From: Fimbriosthenelais zetlandica
Taxonomy: Eukaryota
Assembly (NCBI GenBank): GCA_977030845.1
Contig: OZ365118.1
Span: 16,678,001 to 16,742,000, forward strand
Reading direction: 5' to 3'
DNA: 64,000 nt
Shown: positions 36,458 to 48,910 of the stretch, one piece after another
How positions within the stretch are numbered: position 1 is the stretch's first letter
Layout: each line of letters starts with the position of its first letter
Program-made: the position numbers and the translations under genes
The notes under the pieces: generated by a model
Database searches by the model: none
What the model was told of the DNA's origin: nothing
The model's input: only the letters and a program-made list of their open reading frames with translations

Positions 36458-39400
36458 AAGAGATTATCTCTCTGATGCTTTAATCTTTTAATTTAATCGT
36501 CTGATTCAGTTTTGGCTTTTAACTTTGCCAACTATAGTTTGTTACACAGTTCCTCCATGCTCACAGGACTATTCCAAACGATGCAAATAGTAAACCAAAA
36601 CAATGCAATTGCTATAGTGGCTTTGTCTACAGGATTGGCTGATTTCACCAGTCATTTTACCGTTTATATTAGAGCATTTCGCATCTTTAAAGTAGCAGAC
36701 AATCTCATCAGTGATTGGAAGACTTGGCTGACCCTCACCTACATCTGAATGTTCCTGTTAGCATGCTGTACCTATTCTGATGCTCTGTTTAAAGTGGCCC
36801 CTGGACGTGATCAGTTTGAAAATAACCATGTCCTGCCCGGTTAATTTATGGTGACATGTCCCAGTGAACATGACCATTGTTTTGAGCATCTCTCAATCGG
36901 AGTCAGCGTGCAGGTTTTGGCCCGCTATCTACCACAAATGTCCTCCTCCCAGGTTTATCGCAGCCCTAAAGGACATCCTCCAACAGAAAGAACGCTTATC
37001 TCATTCAGATTTACAACCTTTTCCCTGCGGTTATCTCTTCCGTGGATGGGAGTCAAGTCTGATTTTATTATCCGAATCTAAGGGCAAGGGCATAATTACC
37101 CGAGGCCTAGGAGAGTAATAATTCCGCCGACCAAAACAAAACATTTCCCCCATCGAGACCAAACAAAGTCACCTCGCTTAATCGTAACCACGTGTTTAAT
37201 CTCACGAGATCTCGGGCTTTTCATGGCGGCGATATGATATCACGAGATGGAAGGTGGGCCTATAGGTGGTGATGGCAGGCTAGCGTGTCCAGCTCAATGC
37301 TTTTATACTAGGACTTTTACAACTCACAATCATTACAGACCACAAACCTGTTTCATAATCAATTACCCGGTTATTTATTATGAAATGTCCCCATTCCAGG
37401 TTTATGGACATTAACTGCGGGTTGAGCACACATCACCCGCGCAAATCGCGTCATGGATGTTTCACCTTGGATGCTTTTGATGAGCTTCCAATTCTGTTGA
37501 TGCCCTGTAATAATGTGATATGAGCGACCCAGCTATCTACAAGCGCCATCAGGTTTTGTAGATCAAGAGAAAAGTGAATGTAAATCAGGATTGCTTCTTT
37601 GGTCGAGCATTTATGGGAGTCCCTCCTTTGGAAGCAGTTAACAAAATCAGAAATCTTTAGACTTGATCACTGAAGCAATCTGTTAGCGATTTTAATTCAC
37701 TATGGAGCAATGCTGGCTTTGAATTGCTTATTCTCTGCATTGGGAGTTTAATCGAACTTTCTCAATAGGATTTCTGTATAAAATATCTGTATAAAATGTT
37801 GCTGTATAACGATTGAAGCATTAGGCTTTCCACGATCCAAGACCCAACGTGACCAGAAAGCACTGGAGTATTTTACTCTCTGGGGGATGAATTTCCCCTC
37901 TGAAATGTGAAGCACTGAGACTTGAAACCCTAGGAAGTCACAGCCTGTATGTATGTAGGTGTTATCTTGTTGAACCCAAAAGACCGTGAATGCACGGCCA
38001 GCCTTATGACTTCCCTTCAACTCTGACAGAAAACAAAAGAAGGGAAAATGATGGATGTTCTGAGCTGTCTTGGAGGCCAAAGTTCGGCAGAGAAATATAA
38101 AACCCAGATTCTTCCTTTCAAGGCAGACAGTCCGGGCTTCTACTCGCCTGCCGCGTTATTAAAGATGTAGCCACCATCTTCTAAAAAGATCAAAGGGGCT
38201 GATATATCAAACTGAAAACAATGGGAGAACTTGTTGGTCCCACTCAGTTGGGGTTCAATTTGAAAATGGCCCCTGAAGTCAAATCTTCTCACGTCTCAAG
38301 ACAGCTATTGTACTAGAGATGTCAGAGATGGCAAAACAAAACTCCATGACTTAATGAGATCTTGTAGTTCATGGTTATGAAGAATCCATCACTCTGGAAG
38401 ATTCAAAAGGCGTTGAACTCGGCATACTATGGTTAAAGTTGTATCTATGCATGTTCAATGTCATTAATTCCCAAAACATTCCAAAACATTGATCCGCAGT
38501 ACTAACTTTTTATTGCGGGAACTGTCTTGTTTTATTGGCAATTTTGACATTCATGTGCTAAGGGACGTTCCACATCCTGGCTCTCTATGTGGATACATAT
38601 TGACTGGAATAGTTGAAAACAAAGTTTTACAGACAGTGATCTCTTTCATCGATTTTCTCACCAGCATGTAACAGCCCTATGATGGATCGACTTAAACATT
38701 TGATGTTTGGTTTTAGTCTATCGATCAGCCTTAGCACAGGGTTCCTATTTTTCTACTTTACCAAGGAACGATGACTCCCCTTCCTTATTCAATTCTCCAC
38801 AGTATTTAGGTTATTGATTGGCAAAAGCTTTTAAAAAGATAATTTCCATCAAGTATGTCTGGAAAAACCCCTCTCTTATAGTCTACCCTTTGTTTGACTT
38901 ATTGCTTTCTTATACTATAAACTTGGATAATTGGTCCTATAGGCATTGTTGTTTACCCCTACGAAGATCTATTGTGTTGTGTATTTTCCCCCAGGTTTAA
39001 AAATAACACATTGTCCAAAAAAGAGATCATGACCCCCCCCCCCCCCCTATGTATTGGTAGGGTGAAATGACCCAAAATCAATATTTACTTTTCCCCTCTA
39101 TGATGGGTACTTGTGACAGGTCTATTGCCAACAAAAAACAATGGAAATAAATGATATTACTCCATTAATTTACATGATTGGCAATGTAAAGTAATGATTA
39201 ATTCTCCCACATTAATCAGACATAACCAATCTGATGGAACCATCCTTTTCATTCCCTTTCCAATCATTCCTCAATGGCATGGCCAAACATTTATCTATCC
39301 AAGCCTTTCTTTCCTCTCCCTCCCACACAACTGTTTTTATTGAAATGGCAGCATTGCTTATGAAAAAAGCAATAAGTGGGACTACATAGGGAAAGGTCAT

Positions 39401-42149
39401 AGCAGAGCCTGTGTACAAATCCATGCCCTTCCCTGTGTCATGTGTGCTGGGCGAGGCTCATGTTCCAGCGGGCAGGGCCCTTCTTCGTTGTCAAGGAAAC
39501 AAATAGGGTAGATAGGGCCGTGGCTTAATTTGTCACTGTGCACGTCGCCACTCCTTATGTTTCCAATTCATCTTGTAATCGGACCCACCTTGAACTTACT
39601 CGTTTTCCTAATCAGAGGTCGGAGAATTTCAACTGTAATGTACTACCTCCAGCCTGGCTGCTATATATGTTCTTCTCTCAATGCACTGGGGGGATAGGGG
39701 AGGGGGATTATTGGTGAGGTTAAAATAGCTCTTTCTCTGCCTGCTTCATTCCATTGCTGCTGACTCGTTCCCCAGCCATGCATTTATAAAGGCCTGGGAT
39801 CAGCTGTATGGGCGAGGGGTCGAACTTAAGTAAAAAGGTTAAGCGTTGTTGGTTATGTCCTTAATTACGGAGGGGGAAGGTCATGAGAATAATTTATCTG
39901 TGGGTATTTTCCCATTGCCTTTAGTCCCTTAAGAATTTTCTTTAGATATATTCATTTTGTATTGTTCAACATGAAAATAGGGTTTATTTTATTCTATTCA
40001 TCTCTGGAAAGTTGGAACTATATCCCTCCATGAAAATGAATACATTTATAGTCTGAAGTATGTCTTTGCTTCGTGATGCGAAGTAACAAGGCCAATATGT
40101 TCTGGCCTTCTGTAGATTCCATCATGAGTTTTTCTTTTCATTATCGGATATAAACAGTGTTTTTACAGGCGAGCACCATCTATTATGGAGTGATCATACC
40201 CCATTGTTTGCCGCCATTTTTATAACTCTGAATATTGATGTCCTGCCCATAGATCCGCTGTATTATCTTATCTTCTGCGTGTAAGCTGTGCAAACTGTGT
40301 TAAGCACATCCTTTGAGAGGTTTTAATAGTCTCTATGTACTATGAATCTGGATCCAAAAGCAATACTAGCACTATTGAAAAAGGCAATCGAGACTGTCAA
40401 TCCCTATAGCCTACATTTCACCATATTGAATACATGAAACCAATCTGTATTAAATGGATAAACCTCATTAATTGGTTTCATTTTCTTCGGGCAGTACAGT
40501 CTATATTGCAATATTTGATTCTCCATTTAATATACATTTTCAGATCATTTTGAACCAATATTGTTGAGCATACGCAAGGCATTGCCATTGCCTTATAAGA
40601 CATAAGAGTTGCTCATTCCTGCAGGCGAGGTGCTCAAGTAAGACAATGAAGCTCTCAACGTCTCCTTCCCTGCAGTGGCCGTGTCTGGCAGCTGTAAAAC
40701 CAAGGTTATAAGCACAGCTTGAGCATGACATTGTCATATAACAAAGGCTCTTTATATGCACCTTGTTTGAGGGTTGTGAGTATACAATAGAAAACATACG
40801 AGTGGAGTGAAAGGAAGGCGACGTGTTGGGGGGAGAAGGATGGGGGATGGGTATGCGAAACATATGCAGTCCAGACCCTCGTTTCCCCCTTTGGTGCTTG
40901 CTGTGCAAAGCTTGTAATTACCGAACACTATAACGGAGGAGATGGAACAAGTTTCCTCATAAAACAAAACTTTAAAGGGAAAATTCCGATGTCATTCCAC
41001 TAAGCGTAACGGCCTGAAATGTCCCTGCTCAGGTTCTGTCCTCTACATAAAATGCCATTAGGGGTGATTTTTGTCACCAAATAAATGGATAAAAGCCGGC
41101 ATTTATTGCATCACTGTTGTTGAATCGATCTGAAACACATGTCCAAGAAGTGGTTGTTACTGTTAAATTCTAAAAGATTTCTCGGGCTACGCAAGATGGA
41201 TGGATACAGTTGAGTGTTTGATACACTGCTACTACAGCGCTTCGTTCTAGACTTAAGAGTGTCAAATCGAGCTGAAGTGCTAAAAAGTGGCTCATTTTTG
41301 TCCATTTGGAAGCCAAGAAACGCGGAGCGAGTGTGTTCAATTGTTGCCATATTGTGTCACGGCTAGGGTATAGGGAGGTAGACGTGTTACAATTGGGAAA
41401 CAATGCTCCCTCTCGGTGGTAAAATAAACGTCAGAATGATGGATGTAGTGGAGGATTTTATGTTCAGATTGGCATAGAGCTGGTGTTAGACGCTCTCATA
41501 TAACTGACAGAATAGTAACAGCAAGACATAACCACCAACACGCTCCTCTACCTCCACTCAATGCACAACACTTGCTAACTTTTAAAACAGTATCAGACCT
41601 GACTGCATAGTCCTCCTATTGTCCCTTACATTGCTGCACTTAACAAGGGTTCACCAAATGTGTATTGTTAGGTGGCAGCCCTGGTTGCTGATGCACACCT
41701 AAGTGGAAGATTTGCTAGTTGCAAACAACTTGGCAATGCTATTCGCGACCACTTAAGACATTGTTAGCACAATAGGGCAAACCCTAAGTGAGCCCATCAT
41801 GAAGACTAGATCAGATAAACTACATTGCATGTTTTTCTTGAAGATTTGCGATGTTTAGCTCACAAATAAAACGACACATGTAGTTGCAAGACTATGGAAC
41901 TCATGATGACATGCACGACAAGGTTTCTTTTCACAAATGATGCTCTGAACCCATATAGAAAAATGCCTGGTTTTACGGGATCAAATTATATTTCTTATTA
42001 TAGTGTTTGCATGCTTGGTTGGCTGTAAATAACCGTGTTTTTCCTCTGTGTATTCCTCACTCTACTAGAGTATGTCTGTGTATGTATACAAGACATAGTA
42101 GAGGACATGGTCGCCTCCAGTCCCCTTCACCCTGGAGGCCTCTCTGGGG

Positions 42150-42450
42150 TCCCCAATTCCAACCAGCTTCAAGATGCAGGAAAATTAGTTGTGGGAATAG
42201 GAGGGGAAGAAGCATACGATTCGTCTAACCTACAAGTTGAAAAAGAGCAAGGACATTTCCCAAACTGCTTACACTAGCCTACTTATTGCATAATCATTGA
42301 TCTCATCATTGAATGTCTTTAGTTTGTTTAAGGAATCGTAAGCTGGTTCGAACAAGGTTTTGGGCTTTTCCAGCAACATATATACCAGTACTGGGACCCA
42401 TCTTTTGTGCAAGTTGCCTTAGGTGAATATATAGTACATGTACTGTATGT
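42150..42450 (-). mobile_element. Possible decayed MULE/Mutator-like transposase fragment
   Basis: VPVLVYMLLEKPK...DEINDYAI...IVCFFPSYSHN*F...KLVGIG follows the PxxYxLL...DFE.A...GCxFHxxQ order of MULE transposases. Confidence 0.3.
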
Positions 42451-45400
42451 GAATAACATGCCAGCCATATTGCATGGAGATGCTGGTGAACAACAAGTGG
42501 AGGTTTTGCATGTTTGTCTTTCATTACATTTAGTAAGTGAACAATAGCGACAATAGATGGATTGCCTTACGGTTTAACGCTTAGGATTTCATACCTAAAC
42601 CATCCATATAAGTGATCCCTTTGGCTTTGTTGTATGTTTAGCTCCAAGGACTACATAATGATAAATAGTTTTATCTGATTATCATTGGCTGAATAAGGCA
42701 ATAAGAGCCAGGTGATCCTGGAATTCTCTCCTCTCTCTGTCTCACAAGCTCAGCACCTCGTGTCATTGTCTATATCAGGGTATCTGTCCCTCTCCCTCCA
42801 TCTTTCTCTGTCCCTCTTGCCATCACAAGGCAACATTTAGCTGTGTTATTCCTGCTTGTATCAGTACATAATTAGATGAGTAAGTAAAGGCCGTGTGTAC
42901 CCGCTGGCTTGTAAATACAAGTACCTTTATATATTCATATATACTATTCCGCTTATACCCCTCACCTTATCGCCCTGAGTGCCACTATCCAAGCAGTGGA
43001 AGCAGAGATAAGGGCGAGATAAAGCAGCCATGAATATCCCTTATCAGTCGTCATCTCTATACACCAGCCATCTGCCACAGGAGACGCCAGACAATCCTCC
43101 AGGCAGACCCTGGAGGAGAGCTCCGCCCCCGTCCACCCATCTCTTAGTTAATCATTGATCTGGCCCATAGGCTGGCAACCAATATATACCTTGATGGGTG
43201 AATGGTCACATGGGGAATCACAGCAACCTCCCCCCTTCTATCTATCCTAACTAGGGTCCGACTGGCGTGACACCCACGGATAAAAGGGTCTCAAACCATA
43301 TATTCACTGCTTTTTGCCCTTTTTGACTCTTCCCCCAAAGTCTTTGGGATGGGAGTTCAGACGAGCTAAGTCTTCAGCATCCCACTCATGCCTGGAGGTG
43401 CCAAACCATCAGAAGGTCTTGCATTTACTGACCTTTAACAGGAGTAGGGAAAACAAGAGCATCATGGTAATGCATTCTATTTACAGGTGATACACTCTTA
43501 AAATTCCCGCCAAGTTAATTCTTGGAATACACTCCTCCCAGAGTTTTTCAATTAGTTGCGCATTAAGAAAATGTTCATGAACATAACGCTTGAAGAATTT
43601 GAGAGGAAGTGAAAACCTGTTACTCAACATAAGGTCAATATGGAGGAACATCTTCCTGCACTCCAGTATGAATTAAACAGACTCGATTAACAGAGAGTAT
43701 TTTAGAGCACAGCTCCGGGCAAGTTGAGAGCTCGGTTTTATACTTGATGTGACGGAACCACCTGTACTTTTGTAATTATGCGATAACGTAGGAAAATACC
43801 ATGTGTGACATTTACCTTAATATTCCTTCACTTCAACATAAATGTCAGGGATCAGTCATATAAAATAAGACAGATCTGTTAAAATGAAGGCCTCTAGAAC
43901 TGACTCGAGCAAGGTAGAAGGGTATTTTATATTGTGACGTATTTCTCCTCGTCTAGGTCATATAACTAGGAAGATGTTGAAATGCGTGTACATCTATCTA
44001 AATGTCGGATTTACTATTTTCCACTTTTATACAATAAACAAGTCCAACGGAAGCCATCCGTGCAGCATTCGCTATCTCTCTAGGCTGTTCATTTATATTG
44101 GAATGAAAGCAGAAAGAAACTAGAGAAACCTGTATGTGGGAACGGGTATATTCAGGTGACGTCAATTAGACATAGTAGAAAAGAAGCAGGATACATGTAG
44201 AGAGGTAGTGTTATCAGAGTTGTTCATATACTATGGTCGCTAGAAGCTCATTTGGCAGCTGCTCAGTAATAGAGGAAGAAGCACCTGCTTTCCCAATGAG
44301 GCAGACAAAGCAATGAGGGGAGATTAAATATTGAAGCCATTAAAAGTTTCTCTCTCATACTTGTTCATCGGCAGGAGTTCAGCTTTACTCTGAAAGTCAG
44401 CAAAAAGCGCTTATTATGAAGAGAACCCTTGTCCCTTCCGTGATTCCCGCTGGGCTTTGTCTGGTGTCTGCTATCCTCAATGCTATATAGGGCTTTAATT
44501 CGTTGATAATGAGGATCCATCATTGGCGTGATCCATCAAAATGGGGTCAATTAGCGGGTCCCGCCTTCCAGGAAAGCTCATTTTTAGCATTCTATGGGTC
44601 GGTTCTACAGCCAGTATAAGCAATACTTTCTGACGAATAACCTCTGCCCAAATACCTTTCAGGACAATACAATGAATTTTGATGAAATTCCGTTTAGAAT
44701 GTTTATCAATGAGGCTCTTTTCTCTTCATCAGAATTCCACTGTGCTGTAAAAGGTATTGTATTTCAGTTAAGGTATTTCCGTTTCTACTAAAAGGGCATT
44801 CCCACTGATGCAAGAACGCAGCTGGCTTAGAGTCTCAAGTTGAAAAAGGGCATAAAAGGCAATGCAGCTGTTTGATTTTTGCCAATCCTTTCATCAGTGT
44901 CTCGTTAAAAGACCTTGGCACCTGCCAAGGTGCCAAGTTGCAAGCCATGTTGCAATTGGAGAATGCCTCGTGGACCGATGGTCCAAGGCAGCATTCGGAC
45001 AGGGTGTAAAAACCTAACTGTAGATTCTGAAGCTCTAAAATGGAGCTAGAGATTCATTAACAAAGTACAAAAGATGCTTGAGGGAACAGCCCAGCACGTA
45101 CGTATGGTGGCTCCACCCCTCGGCCAAGTTGATAACGTCAAATGGTAATGCATTGTGGGACTAAAACAGTCAAGAGTTGGAGAGAGAAATAACAGAGTCG
45201 AGCCTGGAGCGTGGGGCCTGTTAGAGCAGTGGGTGGAAATCTGGGAAGAGTTGATTGCAATCTAAAGGCGAAAATTCCTGCTCATTGGAGAGAACTTTTT
45301 CCAGGGAGAGAGGGACTAAAAAAACGACTCTTCGCAGCCAGGCCCAGGTGACTGTCCGTAATTGCATTACCCTAGTTGGTAATGTGATTACACAAGGGAC

Positions 45401-48400
45401 ATCTCAAGCATTATTGGAGCTTAATAACTCCTCTTGAAAACTATAACGATGGACCCATGTTTTGGAAACAACTTGTTCAGCTATCCGTACTACCTCTACA
45501 GCAAGATGACATTTACAATACATGCCTACATGGCCTATTGTGTTTCAGTAGAAATGTAATATGTGCTTAATAAAACAAGATCCTTCACTGCCTGTAAAAT
45601 GACCAGGATATCTGACCAATGGGCAAATCATTAATTTCAAGTTGAACTTATCGTGTTGCCCCATCTCAAATCTCACAACTTAAATGAATGTTGTTTCTGT
45701 ATTAGGCCTACATTATGTTTGATATCCTGAGCAATTCACGAGCTTCTGTATAATGGTTTGCAATATAGGCTACTTCCACATATTGATTTCTCAGTACATC
45801 TCATGAGATTGTTCTTGGGTTAATGCTGCCATTATTTTCTCTAAATTCCCTAAAAACATTAGTTTAGAATAATATTGCTTATCGGTTGTCGTTATCCGTC
45901 TGATAATCCCTATTGGATGAATTGCTGTTCTTCGTCCAGTATATTGAATCATCTTCCAGTGAAGTGAACACTACCGGATCAAATGGTATTGCCGATGAAA
46001 AGAGCAGAGGCGAACAACGACATGTACATGTAATGACATGACATACAAGCAAAGTCGGCATCCATTGTGGTGGACTTAACCCATATATCAATAACCATTT
46101 TTAAAACAATATAGTTGAACACTTTCATCTCCCTTTCTTCTTTGGCAAGTTATTGCTCTTTATGCATACTTTCGCAATATAGTGAATGTCAAGGTTAGCA
46201 AAATAAGTTTACCAAAATCTAAATTAGTGCAATTATCCCCACTTTCATTGATACTCTATTTAATAAGCTATTTTCCTGAGCGAGCAAGAGTTAACATTTA
46301 TCATTACTTTGGTCCTCTTCTAAAGGATTCGATGTCAACCCAATTTCTCAACGGAATAAGAAATGCAATCCCGGCCGCGGTTCTTGGTATGATATGTATA
46401 GAACCCCGTCATCAATATGGAATGAATCCTGATTTTATGATTGGTCACTGCAGGTCACGTGGCCCATCACGTGACACATCTGTGTGGTCATGTGGTCTGT
46501 GGCTGGAGGCCATGAAGCTCCTAGTGGCCGCCATTGACCTTGTCTTTTCATGAGGGTTCTCTATCATTTGAACTGGCGGACCTAAAAAAAAAAGAGCAAG
46601 TCACTGCAAGGCAGAGTCTGGCGCCACTTTTCTGTGGAGGACACAGGTCCACATTAGATGCATGTATAGGGTTAACAGATATAAACTCGCAGCCTTACAC
46701 TCATAGATCTCTCTTGAACATTGTCCAAAGGAGCTTCGAATGGGAGCTTTGAATGACAAATAGTTCAGATTGTCCTTTCGAAAAATGACTATTTCCTGGC
46801 GAAAGCAAGTACTTGCGCACTTGTTTTTGACTTCATGTCATATATTTTCTTTAAGAAAGTGATTTGGCCATGTCTCCGTGGCAAATTTGGGAGGATACAA
46901 CCCTTTATCAAAGAGGTTAACCCACTCCTAGCCTGGTATGGAGGCAGCAGGGTTGAGCAATCAGCAGTGTCACGGAGGTCCTACCTCTCTGGGTTAATTC
47001 AATACCGACCCGTCTGGGCTGGCATCAGATATCCCCCGTCCACTCACCGCCATCCCTCATACACTTCTACCCCTCATACCAGCTTCCCTCATGTACACTG
47101 CAACTATTTCTTACATATTCTTTCCTTGGCCACCTCACCATTTCCATCTGAACAGTATACTACCCCCTCGGATACCCCCTATATTACTAAATATCTTCCT
47201 GAAAATCCTGCACTCCTGTTCCTGCCCTAGCCTCCTGATGTCACTAACTTGCATGTCCCAGTGTTCCCATAATATACGGTTATACCCTGGTTATTTAAGT
47301 TATGGGCTCGTTTCACATGGAAGCGCTGAGGGATGAAATCTGTCAGTGCGGCAGTTATCACTTTCTGTATCCCGCACCGATATGTCAAGATTCCCATTGA
47401 TTATGTTTGCCTGATATGCAAATTGAAGGCTGCTGTTCTGGCTTGAAGATTTGGAGGCTTTTTAGCCATCTTGATTTACTGTAGTAATCTAAGTCCTGTC
47501 TTATCGGCACTCTCCTATCAGTGTATTGAAACATCTGCTTTGACGGTAGTGGATTGTGCAGCTTCTGCTCTCCTATCCACCCCTCGGGGAACTCCCTATA
47601 GCCTACTCTATTTCTAAACCCAAATTATAGCACAATATCACTGTTCTCCCATCACAACCGGAGATAGAATCCAGTATGAGACGCTGGCTTCAAAATCAAT
47701 CTTCCCTGCCCCCATATATATAGGCCTAATTTTAAGACGAAGCCTGCTTAAGTATTGTCTATTGGGTCTGGATATCCTACAGTAAGCCTGCGAACATGCA
47801 ACACTGCCATGTGTTACTCTAACTCAGACAGAATCCAATGATTCTATGGAGGTTTATGTATTTTTGAGGAATTGGCACGATATAAGTTGGTGGCTATGGT
47901 ATACTATGGAGGTATAGATCACGGTATAGTAGTGGGGGTGTTCAGGGGCCCCGCGCCCTCAGCCAATCTGTGTAGTAGTCACAGGCCGAATGTCCCCGAC
48001 CCCCGCACAATAAGTCATCAACCTTGTGTATGATTTGATCGCAGTGGTACGACGCCACTCTAACATTTCCTCCATACAATGACAATTTGTCACAAACCTA
48101 CCGGCCATCTGCCCTTTTTCACAGTATAGGCCTATCTCCGTGTATACGTGTATATGGTCTTATCTGTACCGCCCCAAATACACTAACATTTAAAGCAATG
48201 AGACTGCTTCCGAGCAGTATGTATGTAACTTTAGCTTGTGACTTGATTATGATTAATACTTCATTAACCTTTTAATTAAGCTGAATTAGTGCAGGAACAA
48301 TTTGATAGCTTGACTTGGTACATGAAATTCAGATTGAGATTATAATGCATAATGTACCCTTGTAAAGTCATTATTCCGCACGACAGATGGCAGGGTGGTC

Positions 48401-48725
48401 AGACCAGCATCCATGCCCCATATTAAACCAATCAGCATTATAATACGCCTCCATAGATCTCATATCAACCCTGGAGGATGAATTGATCGACCTCTTCCCA
48501 GATGACGATGACCGGAAGTGTGTGTATGAACTGGCAGGCCAGCACATGTCCAGCGAACACAACACGTGAGCCGAGGTCAGTCCAGCAATAATACACCATT
48601 GATTGAGGTCTCAAGGGTGGGTGCTATAACAAATGATAACCAACATTACGATTGCAGGCAAAAGAAAGAAAAATAGACCAATTTATGAGGAGTGGCAAAG
48701 AACCCCAGAACTCTCGCGGTTTAGT

Positions 48726-48910
48726 GGCACTGCCATTGTTGGCGATGCTCTCCAGGGGTTATAGGGCTCGAGCCAAATGACAGAATAATCCAATACCTGG
48801 CTATTTCAGGGGCAGTGATTCTGTCTCTGGGATGGTCAGATAAAAAATGACTGATTTCGTGCCTGTTTTTAGCTAAGGAATCATTGTCTTGCATATAGAC
48901 CAGCGCAGAT
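48726..48910 (+). mobile_element. Possible SGNH/GDSL-esterase ORF1 remnant of a CR1/L2-group LINE
   Basis: AIVGDALQGL ... WLFQG ... GIIVLHI resembles IVGDS ... FPGA ... VVLHVGTND; interrupted. Confidence 0.3.

Noticed and set aside
41111-41350. DKNEPLFSTS...TQLYPSILR as a second tyrosine recombinase
   Set aside because: The motif is too short and no downstream H...Y was found.
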